From Solirubrobacterales bacterium (GTDB lineage Bacteria; Actinomycetota; Thermoleophilia; Solirubrobacterales; JBBDJG01), in NCBI GenBank assembly GCA_035650255.1, contig DASRIA010000045.1, positions 42,461 to 106,460 on the forward strand: a stretch of 64,000 nt of DNA, written 5' to 3'. Numbering within the stretch: the stretch's first letter is position 1; each line of letters opens with the position of its first letter. Of this stretch, positions 34,262 through 43,955 are shown one piece after another. The notes beneath the pieces are model-generated. The model was given only the letters and a program-made list of their open reading frames with translations, searched no databases and was not told the DNA's origin. A program made the position numbers and the translations under genes.

Positions 34262-35511
34262 CAGAAGAGCCCTCCGTTGGAGACCGTCTCGATGTTGTCC
34301 TTCAGGTCGGCGATCGTCTTCTGCGGATCGATGTCCTGCGGCGGGTGCAGGGTCTGCTGGATCGCGAGCGAGATGTCGCTGTACGCCGGAGTGACCGGCC
34401 GCGGGACGCCCTCGGCGATCGACTCACCGAGCAGCTCGGCGAACGGGAACGCCTTCTTGATCCGCGGGTCGTCGTAGAGCGCCGCGTTGGTCGGCGCGAG
34501 GCCGCCCTTCTCCGATGCGATGACCTGGTTGTCGGATTGGGCGAGGCACAGGGCCGCTTCCTCGGCGAGCTCGGGATTCTCCGAGTACGAGCCGATGCCG
34601 AGGTTGATGCCTCCTAGGGTCACCCGGCTCTTCTTGCCGGGATCGACGCTCGGCCACCGCGCCCACGCCATGTTGTCGAAGATCTTCTTCACGGCCGGGT
34701 TCGTCTCGGCCCCGGTCTTCGCGCTCGCGTAGACGAACGAGTAGTTCACTTGGAACGCCGAGCCGCCGGCCTCGAATCCCAGCCGCGCCTGGTCCTCGCG
34801 GTTGTTGGTGAATGCCGGCGGCGCCACCGACGACGAGGCGAACCTCTTCAGCACCTCGGCGGCCTGCTCGGCCGGAGCCCCGAGCACCGGATCGCCGGCG
34901 TCGTCGACGATCTCGCCGCCCGCGGAGGCGACCAGCGAGTTGAACCACACCACGAACCCTTCGTAGCGGGCGGCCTGGACCTGGATCGTCGTGTCAAGCC
35001 GCTCGGCCTGCTCGATCATCTCGTCCCACGTCTCGGGCACCTGCTTCACGAGGTCCTTGCGGTACCACAGCAGCTGGGTGTTGCTCGTGAACGGGATCGC
35101 CCACAGCCGCCCCTGGTACTTCGCGGTCTCGAGCGGCCCCGGGAGGACTCCGCGCTCTGCCTGCTCGCGCGCGGCGCCCGTGACCTCCTTGATCCACTCC
35201 GCCTCCGCGAACTCGGCGGTCCAGATCACGTCCATCCCGATGATGTCGATGTCGGAGTCCTCCGCCGCCAGCCGGCGCACCACCAACTCGCGCTGCTGGT
35301 CGGCGTTCGTCGGGAGGTCGACGATCTCGATCTGGTAGCGGCCGTTCGCCTCCTTGGTGCAGTTTTCCGCGGCATCCTGGAACGCGCCGGAGGGCTCCGC
35401 GAACACGTACCACTTCAGTGTCCGGGAACCGCCGGAATCGTCGCTGCCGCATCCACTGCCCAGGAAAATGGCCGCGACTGCGACCCCGATCGTGATCGCA
35501 ACCTTCCGCAT
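34261..35511 (-). CDS. Extracellular sugar-binding protein of the ABC transporter (probable lipoprotein)
   Basis: Signal MRKVAITIGVAVAAIFLGSGCGSDD. Family-1 solute-binding protein features. 416 aa. Confidence 0.85.
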   Translation of the reverse strand: MRKVAITIGVAVAAIFLGSGCGSDDSGGSRTLKWYVFAEPSGAFQDAAENCTKEANGRYQIEIVDLPTNADQQRELVVRRLAAEDSDIDIIGMDVIWTAEFAEAEWIKEVTGAAREQAERGVLPGPLETAKYQGRLWAIPFTSNTQLLWYRKDLVKQVPETWDEMIEQAERLDTTIQVQAARYEGFVVWFNSLVASAGGEIVDDAGDPVLGAPAEQAAEVLKRFASSSVAPPAFTNNREDQARLGFEAGGSAFQVNYSFVYASAKTGAETNPAVKKIFDNMAWARWPSVDPGKKSRVTLGGINLGIGSYSENPELAEEAALCLAQSDNQVIASEKGGLAPTNAALYDDPRIKKAFPFAELLGESIAEGVPRPVTPAYSDISLAIQQTLHPPQDIDPQKTIADLKDNIETVSNGGLF

Positions 35512-35562
35512 CTCCTCATCAGCCCGCTTACCCGGCTGTAGCGTTTCTAACTCGCAGCGGTG

Positions 35563-37005
35563 CTAAGCGCGCGACATCAGCACGCCGTCGCCCGGCGCCA
35601 GCCTGCCATCCTGGGCCGCCGCGGCCGAGGTCGCGAGCACCGGTTCGCCGGGCGGTACAACCGCCGGCTGGTCGCCCGCGTTGATCGCGACGAGCTTGTC
35701 CCCGCGCTCGTAGGCGATGATCCCCGCCTCGCTCTCGACCATGCGAAAGCCGGGACCGAGGTCGCGGCGCAGGCCGATCAGCTTCCGCCAGAAATGCAGC
35801 AAGGAGTCCGGGTCGTCGCGCTGGTCCGCGACGTTTCGCTCCTGAGGATCGGTGAGCGGCAGCCAAGGCTCGGCCGCGCTGAAGCCTCCGCCGCGAGTGC
35901 CGTCCCACTGCATCGGATTGCGGAAGCCGTCGCGGCCAACGCGGTCGTACGGCGGATCGCCCGCGGCACCCGTGCCCTGGCCGATCTCGTCGCCCTGGTA
36001 GAGCGTGGCCGTGCCGGGAAGGGTCATCAGCATGAGCGCGGCGGCGCGCTCGTTCGCTCTCCCGAAGCGGGTCGAAAAGCGACCGAAGTCGTGATTGGAC
36101 AGGGCCCACGCGGCGCCGGGGCCGAACCGCCCCTCCGTCGCGGCGCCGGCCGCGATCGCCGCTCGCAGTTGCGCGGGGTCCCAGCCCGACAGGATCAGCT
36201 CGAACACGAAGGAGCGATCGAGATGCTCCAGATAGTGCACGTGCTTGTGCGCAGGCAGGTAGACCTCGCCGATCAGCAGCGCGTCGCCGGCCGCCTCGCG
36301 GATCGCGCCCAGCGCCTCCCCGATCCACTCGGCGTTGCGCGAGTAACGCAGGTCGCGACCCAGCTCGTGCTCCATCAGCGGCAGCCCGAACGGCTCGTCC
36401 GACGGCGGGTCGTCGCGGAACGCCGTGTCCTTGGCGAGCCGGTCGATCGCATCCAGCCTGAATCCATCGGCGCCGCGCGCGACCCAGAAGCGCACCACCT
36501 CCTGCATCGCCGCCACGACCTCCGGGTTGCGCCAGTCGAGGTCCGGCTGCTCCGGATAGAAGGAGTGGAGATACCAGCGCTCGTCGTCGTAGCGGCTCCA
36601 TGCGGGCCCGCCGAACGCCGAGGTCCAGTTGTTCGGCGGCGCGTCCCCTTTCGACCAGACGTACCACTCGGGGTGGTCACGGAACCAGGGATGCTGGATG
36701 GAGGTGTGGCAGGCGACCAGGTCGAGCAACACCTTCAGGCCGCGTTCGTGTGCCGCCGCCGCCAGCCGGTCGAAGTCGGGCAGCGCGCCGAAGATCGGGT
36801 CGACGTCCGTGTAGTCGGACACGTCGTAGCCGAAGTCGGCGAGCGGCGACGGGTAGAACGGCGAGATCCAGAGTGCGTCGACGCCCAGCCAGACCAGGTG
36901 GTCGAGCCGTGCCGTGATTCCCGCCAGGTCCCCGACGCCGTCGTCGTTCGAGTCCTGGAAGGAGCGGGGGTAGATCTGATAGACGACTCCTTCACGCCAC
37001 GACAT
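35563..37005 (-). CDS. GH13 alpha-glucosidase / oligo-1,6-glucosidase-like
   Basis: VVYQIYPRSFQDSNDDGVGDLAGI, GVDALWISPFYPSP, DFGYDVSDYTDVDP, DGFRLDAI, GEVY, and SNHD-type regions of the alpha-amylase family. Confidence 0.85.
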   Translation of the reverse strand: MSWREGVVYQIYPRSFQDSNDDGVGDLAGITARLDHLVWLGVDALWISPFYPSPLADFGYDVSDYTDVDPIFGALPDFDRLAAAAHERGLKVLLDLVACHTSIQHPWFRDHPEWYVWSKGDAPPNNWTSAFGGPAWSRYDDERWYLHSFYPEQPDLDWRNPEVVAAMQEVVRFWVARGADGFRLDAIDRLAKDTAFRDDPPSDEPFGLPLMEHELGRDLRYSRNAEWIGEALGAIREAAGDALLIGEVYLPAHKHVHYLEHLDRSFVFELILSGWDPAQLRAAIAAGAATEGRFGPGAAWALSNHDFGRFSTRFGRANERAAALMLMTLPGTATLYQGDEIGQGTGAAGDPPYDRVGRDGFRNPMQWDGTRGGGFSAAEPWLPLTDPQERNVADQRDDPDSLLHFWRKLIGLRRDLGPGFRMVESEAGIIAYERGDKLVAINAGDQPAVVPPGEPVLATSAAAAQDGRLAPGDGVLMSRA

Positions 37006-37022
37006 TGGGGCGGGCAGCCTAG

Positions 37023-38096
37023 ATGATCCACACCACGATGACGACGCACGGGATCGACCCGCTCGCTGATCCGCGCTGGGACGCCTACGTGCGGGCGCAT
37101 CCCGGCGCGTCCGTCTACCACCTCGGGGCCTGGGCCGCGATCCTCGCGCGCTCGTACGGCTTCCACCCGGCCTACCTGTGCGCGGTGAGCGACGGTGCCG
37201 TCACCGGCGTGCTCCCCCTGTTCTGGAAGAAAGGGCTCGTCTCGGACGCGCGCGCCCGCTCCATCCCGGTCTTCTCCTATGGCGGGCCGTTGGCCGACGA
37301 CGACCGCGTCGCCCTGCAGCTGATCGAGGCGGCGCGCGACTCCGGCCACGCGCCGAGCGTCACGATCAACACCGACGATCGCCGCTTCGAGCCGCCCGAG
37401 GGATTCGTCGTGGACGAGCTGCTGCCGCGCTGGATGGTCGACATTCCCGCCGACCTCGAAGCGCTCAGGGCCGGCTGGCGCAAGTCGTCGAGCAACCTGT
37501 TCCGCAGCCTGAAGAAGGCCGACAAGTCCGGGCTCGAGTTCCGTTCCGCCGGCTCACCGCGCGATCTGCGGAGCTTTCACCGCCTGTACGTGGACACGAT
37601 GAAGAAGCACCGGTCGCTGCCCCGGAGCCTGCGGCAGCTGCGGCTGTCCCAGCAGCTGCTGGGCGACTCCTTCAAGCTCTTTGCCGTGAGCCACGAGGGC
37701 CGCGACGTGGCGGGCGGCGTGTACCACGTGTTCGGCGACACGATCGAGCTCGTGTACAACGGCAGCGACGAGGACGCGCTTCCGCTGCGCCCCAACCACG
37801 CGCTCTACTGGAACGTCATGGAGTGGGCCGCGGCCCGCGGGTTGCGGCGCGTCAATCTCGGCGGCGCAGAGTTCGACACCCCGCTGGCCGGCTTCAAGCA
37901 GCAGTGGGGCGCCGTGCCGCAGGTGCGCTACCGCCTCACGCACCGCCGCGGCGGTGCGACGACGCGCACCGAGGCGCTGGTCTCGGTCGGCTACGGGGCG
38001 GAGAGCTCGGAGAACCGCCTCACCGCCCTGGGCTGGCAGGTGATCCCGGCGCCGCTCCTGCGATTGGGCGCGCATGTCGCGTACCGGTACGCATGA
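37023..38096 (+). CDS. FemAB-like / GNAT (Acetyltransf_6) family protein, paralog 1
   Basis: 357 aa. WDAYVRAHPGASVYHLGAWAAILARSYGF...LPLFWKKGLVSDARARSIPVFSYGGP...FRSLKKA...IELVYNGSDEDALPLRPNHALYWNVMEWA...FKQQWGA. Confidence 0.65.
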   Translation: MIHTTMTTHGIDPLADPRWDAYVRAHPGASVYHLGAWAAILARSYGFHPAYLCAVSDGAVTGVLPLFWKKGLVSDARARSIPVFSYGGPLADDDRVALQLIEAARDSGHAPSVTINTDDRRFEPPEGFVVDELLPRWMVDIPADLEALRAGWRKSSSNLFRSLKKADKSGLEFRSAGSPRDLRSFHRLYVDTMKKHRSLPRSLRQLRLSQQLLGDSFKLFAVSHEGRDVAGGVYHVFGDTIELVYNGSDEDALPLRPNHALYWNVMEWAAARGLRRVNLGGAEFDTPLAGFKQQWGAVPQVRYRLTHRRGGATTRTEALVSVGYGAESSENRLTALGWQVIPAPLLRLGAHVAYRYA

Positions 38097-39169
38097 GCGA
38101 GCCACGCGCCGTGCCGATCGACCCGGCGGCACCGGCCTACGACGCGTACGTGCGGGCGCACCCGCGGGCCACGCTGTATCACCACGGCGCATGGGCGACC
38201 GTGCTGCGCCGCGCGTACCGGTTCGAGCCGCGCTATCTCGCGCTCGAAGACGACGGCGGAACACTGCGCGGCGTGCTGCCGCTGCTGCACAAGAAGGGCC
38301 TGGTGTCGGACTCGCGGACCCGCTCCATGCCGGTCTTTCCGGCCGGCGGCCCGCTGGCGGACACACGGGAGCTCGAGGTGGCCCTCATCCGCGCCGCGTG
38401 TGACTCGGCCCGCGCCGACACGGACCTGCTGCAGATCCACTCCATGGCGGACTACTCGGCCGACCTGCCCGACCTCGTCACGGACGCGATGCCGCCGCGC
38501 TGGATGCTGCGCATCGACACCGACCTCGACACGCTGCGGAAGGGCTGGCGCAAGTCGTCGAACAACCTCTTCCGCAGCCTGCAGAAGGCGGACCGGGCGG
38601 ACCTCGCGTTCCGGGAGGGCACCTCCGACCGCGACCTCGCGAGCGCCTATCGCCTGTACCTGCACACGATGCGCAAGTGGCGCTCGCTCCCGCGCAGCAT
38701 GCGGCAGCTGAAGCTGGCCAGGGACCTGCTCGCGCCCGGCGAGTTCCGGATCTTCCTCGTCGAGCACCGCGGCCGGGCTGCGGCGGCGGGCGTGTTCCAC
38801 GTCCACCGCGGCACGGTCGAGCTGATCTACAACGGGTCCGCCGACGAGACCCTCGACCTGCGACCCAACCACCGGCTCTACTGGGAGGTCATGTCGTGGG
38901 CGGTCGCGCAGGGCCACCACACCTTCGACTTCGGGACCGCGCAGCCAACGAGCTCGCTGGGCCGCTTCAAGTCACAATGGGCGGAACCCGTGCAGCACTA
39001 CCGGTACTCGTGGCGCCGCGGCGGCACGCCCTCCCGTGCAGAGTCGATGGCCACCGCGTCCTACGCGGTCGAGTACGGCGGCGGCGAGGGGCTCGTCGCA
39101 GCGGCGTGGCGGCGCGCGCCGTTGCAGCTCACGCGGATCGGGGCGGTGCTCGCCTACCGCTATCTGTAG
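38093..39169 (+). CDS. FemAB-like / GNAT (Acetyltransf_6) family protein, paralog 2
   Basis: Start at ATG 38093 in an ATGA overlap with paralog 1. Collinear with paralog 1 (YDAYVRAHPRATLYHHGAWATVLRRAYRF...LPLLHKKGLVSDSRTRSMPVFPAGGP...VELIYNGSADETLDLRPNHRLYWEVMSWA...FKSQWAE). Confidence 0.65.
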   Translation: MSEPRAVPIDPAAPAYDAYVRAHPRATLYHHGAWATVLRRAYRFEPRYLALEDDGGTLRGVLPLLHKKGLVSDSRTRSMPVFPAGGPLADTRELEVALIRAACDSARADTDLLQIHSMADYSADLPDLVTDAMPPRWMLRIDTDLDTLRKGWRKSSNNLFRSLQKADRADLAFREGTSDRDLASAYRLYLHTMRKWRSLPRSMRQLKLARDLLAPGEFRIFLVEHRGRAAAAGVFHVHRGTVELIYNGSADETLDLRPNHRLYWEVMSWAVAQGHHTFDFGTAQPTSSLGRFKSQWAEPVQHYRYSWRRGGTPSRAESMATASYAVEYGGGEGLVAAAWRRAPLQLTRIGAVLAYRYL

Positions 39170-39172
39170 CGA

Positions 39173-40228
39173 CTAGGGCGGCGGTGGAGGGCTGCACGAC
39201 ACGTTCACGCACTGCGGATTCGTACCGTCGCCGTTGCCACCGGCCACGTTGCCGCCACCGTCCACCGTTCCCTCCGGCCCGTAGATGCCGTAGCTGCCGT
39301 TGTTGTGAGCCGCGTTGGCACGGACGAAGGTGCCGGCGAGGCTCAGCAGGATGCCCGTGTCGGAGGCTTCCTCCGCGATGTTGCGGTTCACGGTGGCAGA
39401 GCCGTCCTGCACCCGGATCCCGACGTTGCCGCCGGCCGTGTGGTTCAGCGCGACCCGACCGCCGCCGGCGCCGGCCGCAACCGCCGCCTGCGCCACGACA
39501 CCCTCGGTGCAGTCCTGCGTGAGATTGCGGTTGACCACGGCGTATTCCGTGTATCCGGACGCGCTCACCCCGGCGACCGAGAGCTGTCCCAGCGGACTGC
39601 ATGCGACTCGGTTGTACACGAGGCGGGGCCGCTCGCCGATGGCCACAACGCCGGAATGTCCGCCTGAGCTCTCGTCCCCGCCGGCCGCCACGACGTTCCC
39701 CCACGCGTACACGTCGTTTCCGGCCAAGCGGATTCCCGGGTCGCCGAAGGGAGCCAGCAGGCTGACTCCGCTCTGCTCGACCCGGTTGCGGTGACCGGTC
39801 AGGAGGATGCCGGCGTCTCCCAGCTCCTGGCTGTCGAAGGCATTGGTGGTGACGTTCACCTTGAAGATGGTGCTGTCATCTATGGGCGCCAGGTCGACGC
39901 CGGCGAGGAAGCCCTCGATCGAGCCACGCTTGATCCTCACGCCCTGGAGACCGTCCGCATCGGGACTCGAGCTCGAGATGCCGACTCCGCCGCCGCCCAG
40001 GCCCGCCCGGAGGGCGTGGCCGTTCATCCTGAGCAGGACGTTGTCAGCCGCGATCCGGAGGCCGTAAGGCTGGTAGTCGTCCGCACACAGCACGTCGCCG
40101 TCCAGCGTCGTGCTGGTGGTGAGAGTGTCGCCGCACTGCACGTGCGCCGCGTGGGCGGGCGCCCCGGCCAGTAGCAGCAGGCCCGCCGCCGCGGTCAGGA
40201 CAGCGCGAAGGCAGATCCTCCCGTTCAT
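39173..40228 (-). CDS. Secreted right-handed parallel beta-helix repeat protein, paralog A
   Basis: Signal peptide ending AHAAHVQCGDTLT. Gly/Asn/Val-rich ~22-residue beta-helix periodicity. C-terminus CVNVSCSPPPPP. Confidence 0.65.
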   Translation of the reverse strand: MNGRICLRAVLTAAAGLLLLAGAPAHAAHVQCGDTLTTSTTLDGDVLCADDYQPYGLRIAADNVLLRMNGHALRAGLGGGGVGISSSSPDADGLQGVRIKRGSIEGFLAGVDLAPIDDSTIFKVNVTTNAFDSQELGDAGILLTGHRNRVEQSGVSLLAPFGDPGIRLAGNDVYAWGNVVAAGGDESSGGHSGVVAIGERPRLVYNRVACSPLGQLSVAGVSASGYTEYAVVNRNLTQDCTEGVVAQAAVAAGAGGGRVALNHTAGGNVGIRVQDGSATVNRNIAEEASDTGILLSLAGTFVRANAAHNNGSYGIYGPEGTVDGGGNVAGGNGDGTNPQCVNVSCSPPPPP

Positions 40229-40318
40229 GACTCCTCCGGTACGGATGAGGCGGCTGAGCGGAACCTAACCCGAAGGCCGCCGGCGGGTCAAGCCAGGGAC
40301 GGCATCACCGCCACCGGA

Positions 40319-41281
40319 TCACGTGGGAGGCAGCGAAGGCACGCACACGACCACCAGGCATTGCTCGATGCCGTTGCCCGTCGCGACGTTGTCCCCCTTG
40401 TCGATCGTGCCCGCGGGCGCGTCGATGCCGTAGTCGGCGTTGTTGTTGGTCCGGTTGTCCCGAACCGTGACGCCCGCCTGCAGGATCAAGATGCCCGTGC
40501 AGCCGTTGTGCGCGTCGTTGTTGCGCACGAACGCGCCCGGGTCGTCGACCAGGACGCCGATGCAGTTCCCGGACACGTCGTTGCGCTGGACCTTGATGCC
40601 GGTCCCCGACGGAGCGATCCCGATGTCGCATCCGGTCACGGTGTTGTACGCGATCATGCCCGTCGTGTAGGCGCCGGCGATCATGCCGTCGAACCCGCAG
40701 CCCGACACGGAGTTGTTCACGATCCGCGGGTTGCTGCCGTAGACCACGATCCCGTCGTCGAGGCTCGTCGCGCTCCCGGTGACCGTGTTGCCCCACAGGT
40801 AGGCGTCGTCACCGAGCGCCTCGATCGCCGCGAACCCGGCCCCGGCGCTCATGTCGACGGTCGTGCGGTAGATGTAGTTGCCGTTCCCGCGCACGACGAT
40901 GCCCGTGCTGGACGCGCCGACGGCGACCTTCAAGATCTCGCTGGTGGATGCGTCGAGGTCGATCCCGTCGTCGAACCCCGTGATCGTGCCGCCGGAGCCG
41001 CCTCTGATGACGACACCCGACCGCGCGGTGCCGTCGTCGGCGATCCCGTCGGTGTCTGCCACATCGGCTCCCTGGATCGTGTAGCCCGCCATCCACAGGG
41101 TGAGGTCGTCTCCCCCGATCACCAGGCCGACAGGATCTTGGTCCGTACAGACCACGTCGCTGTCCAGCACCGTCGTCTGGGTGATCGTGTCACCGCACTG
41201 CACGTGGGCCGCGGATGCCATGCCGGGCAAGAGCCACAGACACCCAAGCGCCACTACGGCAAACAGACGAACTCGCATCAC
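40319..41281 (-). CDS. Secreted right-handed parallel beta-helix repeat protein, paralog B
   Basis: Signal peptide ending ASAAHVQCGDTIT. Same periodic repeats and the same Cys-containing tail (CLVVVCVPSLPPT) as paralog A. Confidence 0.65.
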   Translation of the reverse strand: MMRVRLFAVVALGCLWLLPGMASAAHVQCGDTITQTTVLDSDVVCTDQDPVGLVIGGDDLTLWMAGYTIQGADVADTDGIADDGTARSGVVIRGGSGGTITGFDDGIDLDASTSEILKVAVGASSTGIVVRGNGNYIYRTTVDMSAGAGFAAIEALGDDAYLWGNTVTGSATSLDDGIVVYGSNPRIVNNSVSGCGFDGMIAGAYTTGMIAYNTVTGCDIGIAPSGTGIKVQRNDVSGNCIGVLVDDPGAFVRNNDAHNGCTGILILQAGVTVRDNRTNNNADYGIDAPAGTIDKGDNVATGNGIEQCLVVVCVPSLPPT

Positions 41282-41482
41282 ATCCCTCCCTAGACGAACT
41301 GCCTCCCTGGTCCAGACGCCGCGAGTCTAACGTGCCTGCATCTGTGCACGCAACGTCCGGGTGGATGAGGACCCATTCCCATCGCCGCTCCACCCCACTT
41401 ATCGGCGCCCGCGCGCTCCGCCTGCAGCGACCTCTTCGCCATTGGACGCAAAGCTGGCTCAGGGCACGGGATACTTCGGGGG

Positions 41483-41869
41483 ATGAGCGTGGACGCGGTC
41501 GCACTCGTGCGCGAGGCCTACGAGGCCTGGAACCGCGACGGGCCGCGCGCGATGCTTCCGTACGCCTCCGCGGAGCTCCAGCTGCAAGATCCGCCCCAGA
41601 TGCCCGACGGGCGCACCTGGGAGGGATGCGATGCGGTGCTCGCGCGGCTGGAGGAGGTCGCCGGCGCGGTCGGCGGCCGGTGGGTCGACCTGCGCGAGAT
41701 GCGGCTCGCCGGGGATGAGGTGTTCGTCGCGATGGCGTGGCGAATCGACAGCTCACCCGACAGCGCGGTGCTGGGAGACGTCTTCCACCTCGTGCGCGTG
41801 AGGGGCGGAAAGCTGGATCGCATCCGCGTCTTCGTTACCGAGGCCGACGCGCTGGAGACGGTGGACTAG
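41483..41869 (+). CDS. SnoaL-like / NTF2-fold protein
   Basis: MSVDAVALVREAYEAWNRDG...VFVAMAWRI...VFHLVRVRGGKLDRIRVF. Typical SnoaL_2-type sequence. Confidence 0.6.
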   Translation: MSVDAVALVREAYEAWNRDGPRAMLPYASAELQLQDPPQMPDGRTWEGCDAVLARLEEVAGAVGGRWVDLREMRLAGDEVFVAMAWRIDSSPDSAVLGDVFHLVRVRGGKLDRIRVFVTEADALETVD

Positions 41870-42270
41870 GAGAGCGACTCCCGCGCACGTTGAATCGGCG
41901 GGAGCTGGTCGGGCCAGTACTTCTCGGCGTCATCGGTGAGCCGTGCGAGCAGAGTGCCGACCGTCTCCCGAGAGCCGACGCGGGTGTCATCGATCACCGC
42001 GTCCTCCGTCGCGCCCTCGAGCAACTCGATCATGTCGCCGAGCAGTCGCGGCCCATTGATGGACGCCTCGATGTCCTCCCGCGCGGGCACGTCTCCGACG
42101 ACGTTGCTGAGCCTCACGAGTCCGGCCGCCGACACCGCGCGCAGGTACTCGGCGTACGTGCTCCCGAGCGCGCTCGCGTCGTCGTCGTCGAGTCTTCTGT
42201 CGCGCCCCGCCCTGAGCCCGATCAGACAGGCGACCCCAACGGTGAGCAGCAGTGCGATGACCGCCTCCAC
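41866..42270 (-). CDS. Hypothetical membrane-anchored protein
   Basis: 134-aa ORF with an N-terminal TM (MEAVIALLLTVGVACLIGL) and an acidic soluble part. No family recognised. Confidence 0.35.
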   Translation of the reverse strand: MEAVIALLLTVGVACLIGLRAGRDRRLDDDDASALGSTYAEYLRAVSAAGLVRLSNVVGDVPAREDIEASINGPRLLGDMIELLEGATEDAVIDDTRVGSRETVGTLLARLTDDAEKYWPDQLPPIQRARESLS

Positions 42271-42383
42271 AGCCTCTCCTTGCGTCTTCGTCGGAGAACG
42301 AAATCGGAGGTTATCGCCAACGCGACTGCTGCATCCAGTCCCGTGTCAGCGCGCGCGACACGAGCTGACCACATCGGCCGCCA

Positions 42384-42806
42384 TCAGTCCCCATGGCAGC
42401 GCAGCCCTTCGATGATGCGCCAGTAGAACCGTCCCGACACACGCGAGCCGGTGATGAGCAGCGACACGCCGGGGTTGCCAAACACGCCAGGTCCGAATAC
42501 CTCTCCGCACGAGTGAGCCGGGTCGTAGACCTCGCAGCGCCAGCGGTGATACCGCCGGGTGCCTCGCTTCGGTTTCGTGCCGCGCTTGGGGAAGCAGAAC
42601 CCCCGCGTCCGTGCGAAGTCGTGCTCATAGAACTCCCCATTGATGGTCACGTCCCACGGGCTCTCCTCGTACGCCGTCTGGCGTGCGAGGCTGACGGCCT
42701 CGGTGCGGCTGACGTAGTAGCCGGACGCACCGGCGGCGGCCGGGGCGGAAAGGGCAGCCACGGCGAAAATGACGACTCCGGTGGCCGTGATGGTGATTCG
42801 GTTCAC
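42384..42806 (-). CDS. Hypothetical secreted protein
   Basis: 140-aa ORF with signal peptide ITATGVVIFAVAALSAPAAAGA and several Cys. No family recognised. Confidence 0.4.
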   Translation of the reverse strand: MNRITITATGVVIFAVAALSAPAAAGASGYYVSRTEAVSLARQTAYEESPWDVTINGEFYEHDFARTRGFCFPKRGTKPKRGTRRYHRWRCEVYDPAHSCGEVFGPGVFGNPGVSLLITGSRVSGRFYWRIIEGLRCHGD

Positions 42807-42809
42807 TGT

Positions 42810-43541
42810 TCAGAGGCGCTCGTTGCCAGGCATCCTTTCGGATGCCGCTCCTATCAGACTTCGCTTCAAGTCCTCATCAAATGGCTCGAGCACATCCACG
42901 AAGATGAATAGACCAACCGCACGATCACGTTGGACTACCGCCAGGTCAAGGTAGGCATCAACCGAGATGATCTTGGTCTCCATCGGAATTGTGATCTGTA
43001 GATCTGCCGACCGATCACCAACCTTGGGTGTCGAGACTCGGCCTACCGACACCTTGCCGAGCTTTACCTCATCTTCGTCCTCGTCCTCAACCGCTTTTGT
43101 GATCTCGCTCTGAACCGTCTCCGCGAGACAGCGTGCGGTGCCGTCGCTCGCGAGTCGCCGGAATACATCCTGCGCCTGGCCAGCCGTATCGAAGATGCCC
43201 ACCTTGGACGATGCCTCGGTGGTGTCGCCCTTGCTGAAGTCTGGTGATTCCGCCCTTCCGGTAACCGTCAGACGTGAGAAATCAAGCTCACGACAGGTGA
43301 GGTTGCCGCTGCTGTCCTCGTCTTTCGAGAGTTCGCGTCGCCAGCCAGTCGGAAAGTCTGAGTGTCTCAGGACAATGCGCTTCGCCAGGGCGCTGTCCTC
43401 AGGACGGATGGCCTGCTGTGCCTCTGTCTGCGATTCGGCGCGGGTGTCGCTCTTGTCGCCGCCGCAAGCCAGGTTGCCGCAGAGCACTATGGCGAAGAGG
43501 CTCGTCGCGAATGCACTGAGCGTGAGGTGCCTGTGCATCAT
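42810..43541 (-). CDS. Hypothetical secreted protein or lipoprotein in a lower-GC segment
   Basis: 243-aa ORF with signal-like N-terminus LSAFATSLFAIVLCGNLACGG. Visibly lower GC and different codon usage than the flanks. Confidence 0.45.
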   Translation of the reverse strand: MMHRHLTLSAFATSLFAIVLCGNLACGGDKSDTRAESQTEAQQAIRPEDSALAKRIVLRHSDFPTGWRRELSKDEDSSGNLTCRELDFSRLTVTGRAESPDFSKGDTTEASSKVGIFDTAGQAQDVFRRLASDGTARCLAETVQSEITKAVEDEDEDEVKLGKVSVGRVSTPKVGDRSADLQITIPMETKIISVDAYLDLAVVQRDRAVGLFIFVDVLEPFDEDLKRSLIGAASERMPGNERL

Positions 43542-43660
43542 CCCCCGCTTTCTATAAGAACGTGCCGACAGTTAACGGAGCCGGGCCGCGAGGCGCCCTC
43601 CAACGGCCTGACCTATTGGCGAAATCAATATCTCCACCTCGCTATGCCCGCGAACGGGGA

Positions 43661-43955
43661 TCAGGCACAGAGGTTCAACAAATGGCTTAGGACTGCACGC
43701 ACCGTCGAGGCGGCGAAGTCGATCCAGTCCCATTGAAGCGCGCAGCCCTCCAGCGAACGTGCCCCTGTGTAGGCCGTGAACAGGATCATGGAGCGCATCG
43801 CGGGTCCGTATTTGCGCGAAGGTGACGGCGCGCAGCCGGTCAACCTCCGCCAGCGGAACGCCTCGGAACTCTTGGACGAAAGGCTTGAGCCGTTCCGTGT
43901 TCGTGCGGTTGGTGCCCTCGGTCTTGGGCTGGCCGCGTGTCGGGCGTGACTTCAC
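43661..43955 (-). pseudogene. Tyrosine recombinase (phage integrase) remnant, frameshifted and 3'-truncated
   Basis: One frame gives RLKPFVQEFRGVPLAEVDRLRAVTFAQ. A second frame continues MRSMILFTAYTGARSLEGCALQWDWIDF (the core TG.R..E...L.W.DID motif), then stops. The catalytic C-terminal half is absent. Confidence 0.55.

Noticed and set aside
37178-39169. 663-aa ORF as a single large FemAB-like protein
   Set aside because: The first 305 codons are out-of-frame overlap with paralog 1 and look non-protein-like. ATG 38093 in an ATGA overlap gives a 358-aa paralog collinear with the first.
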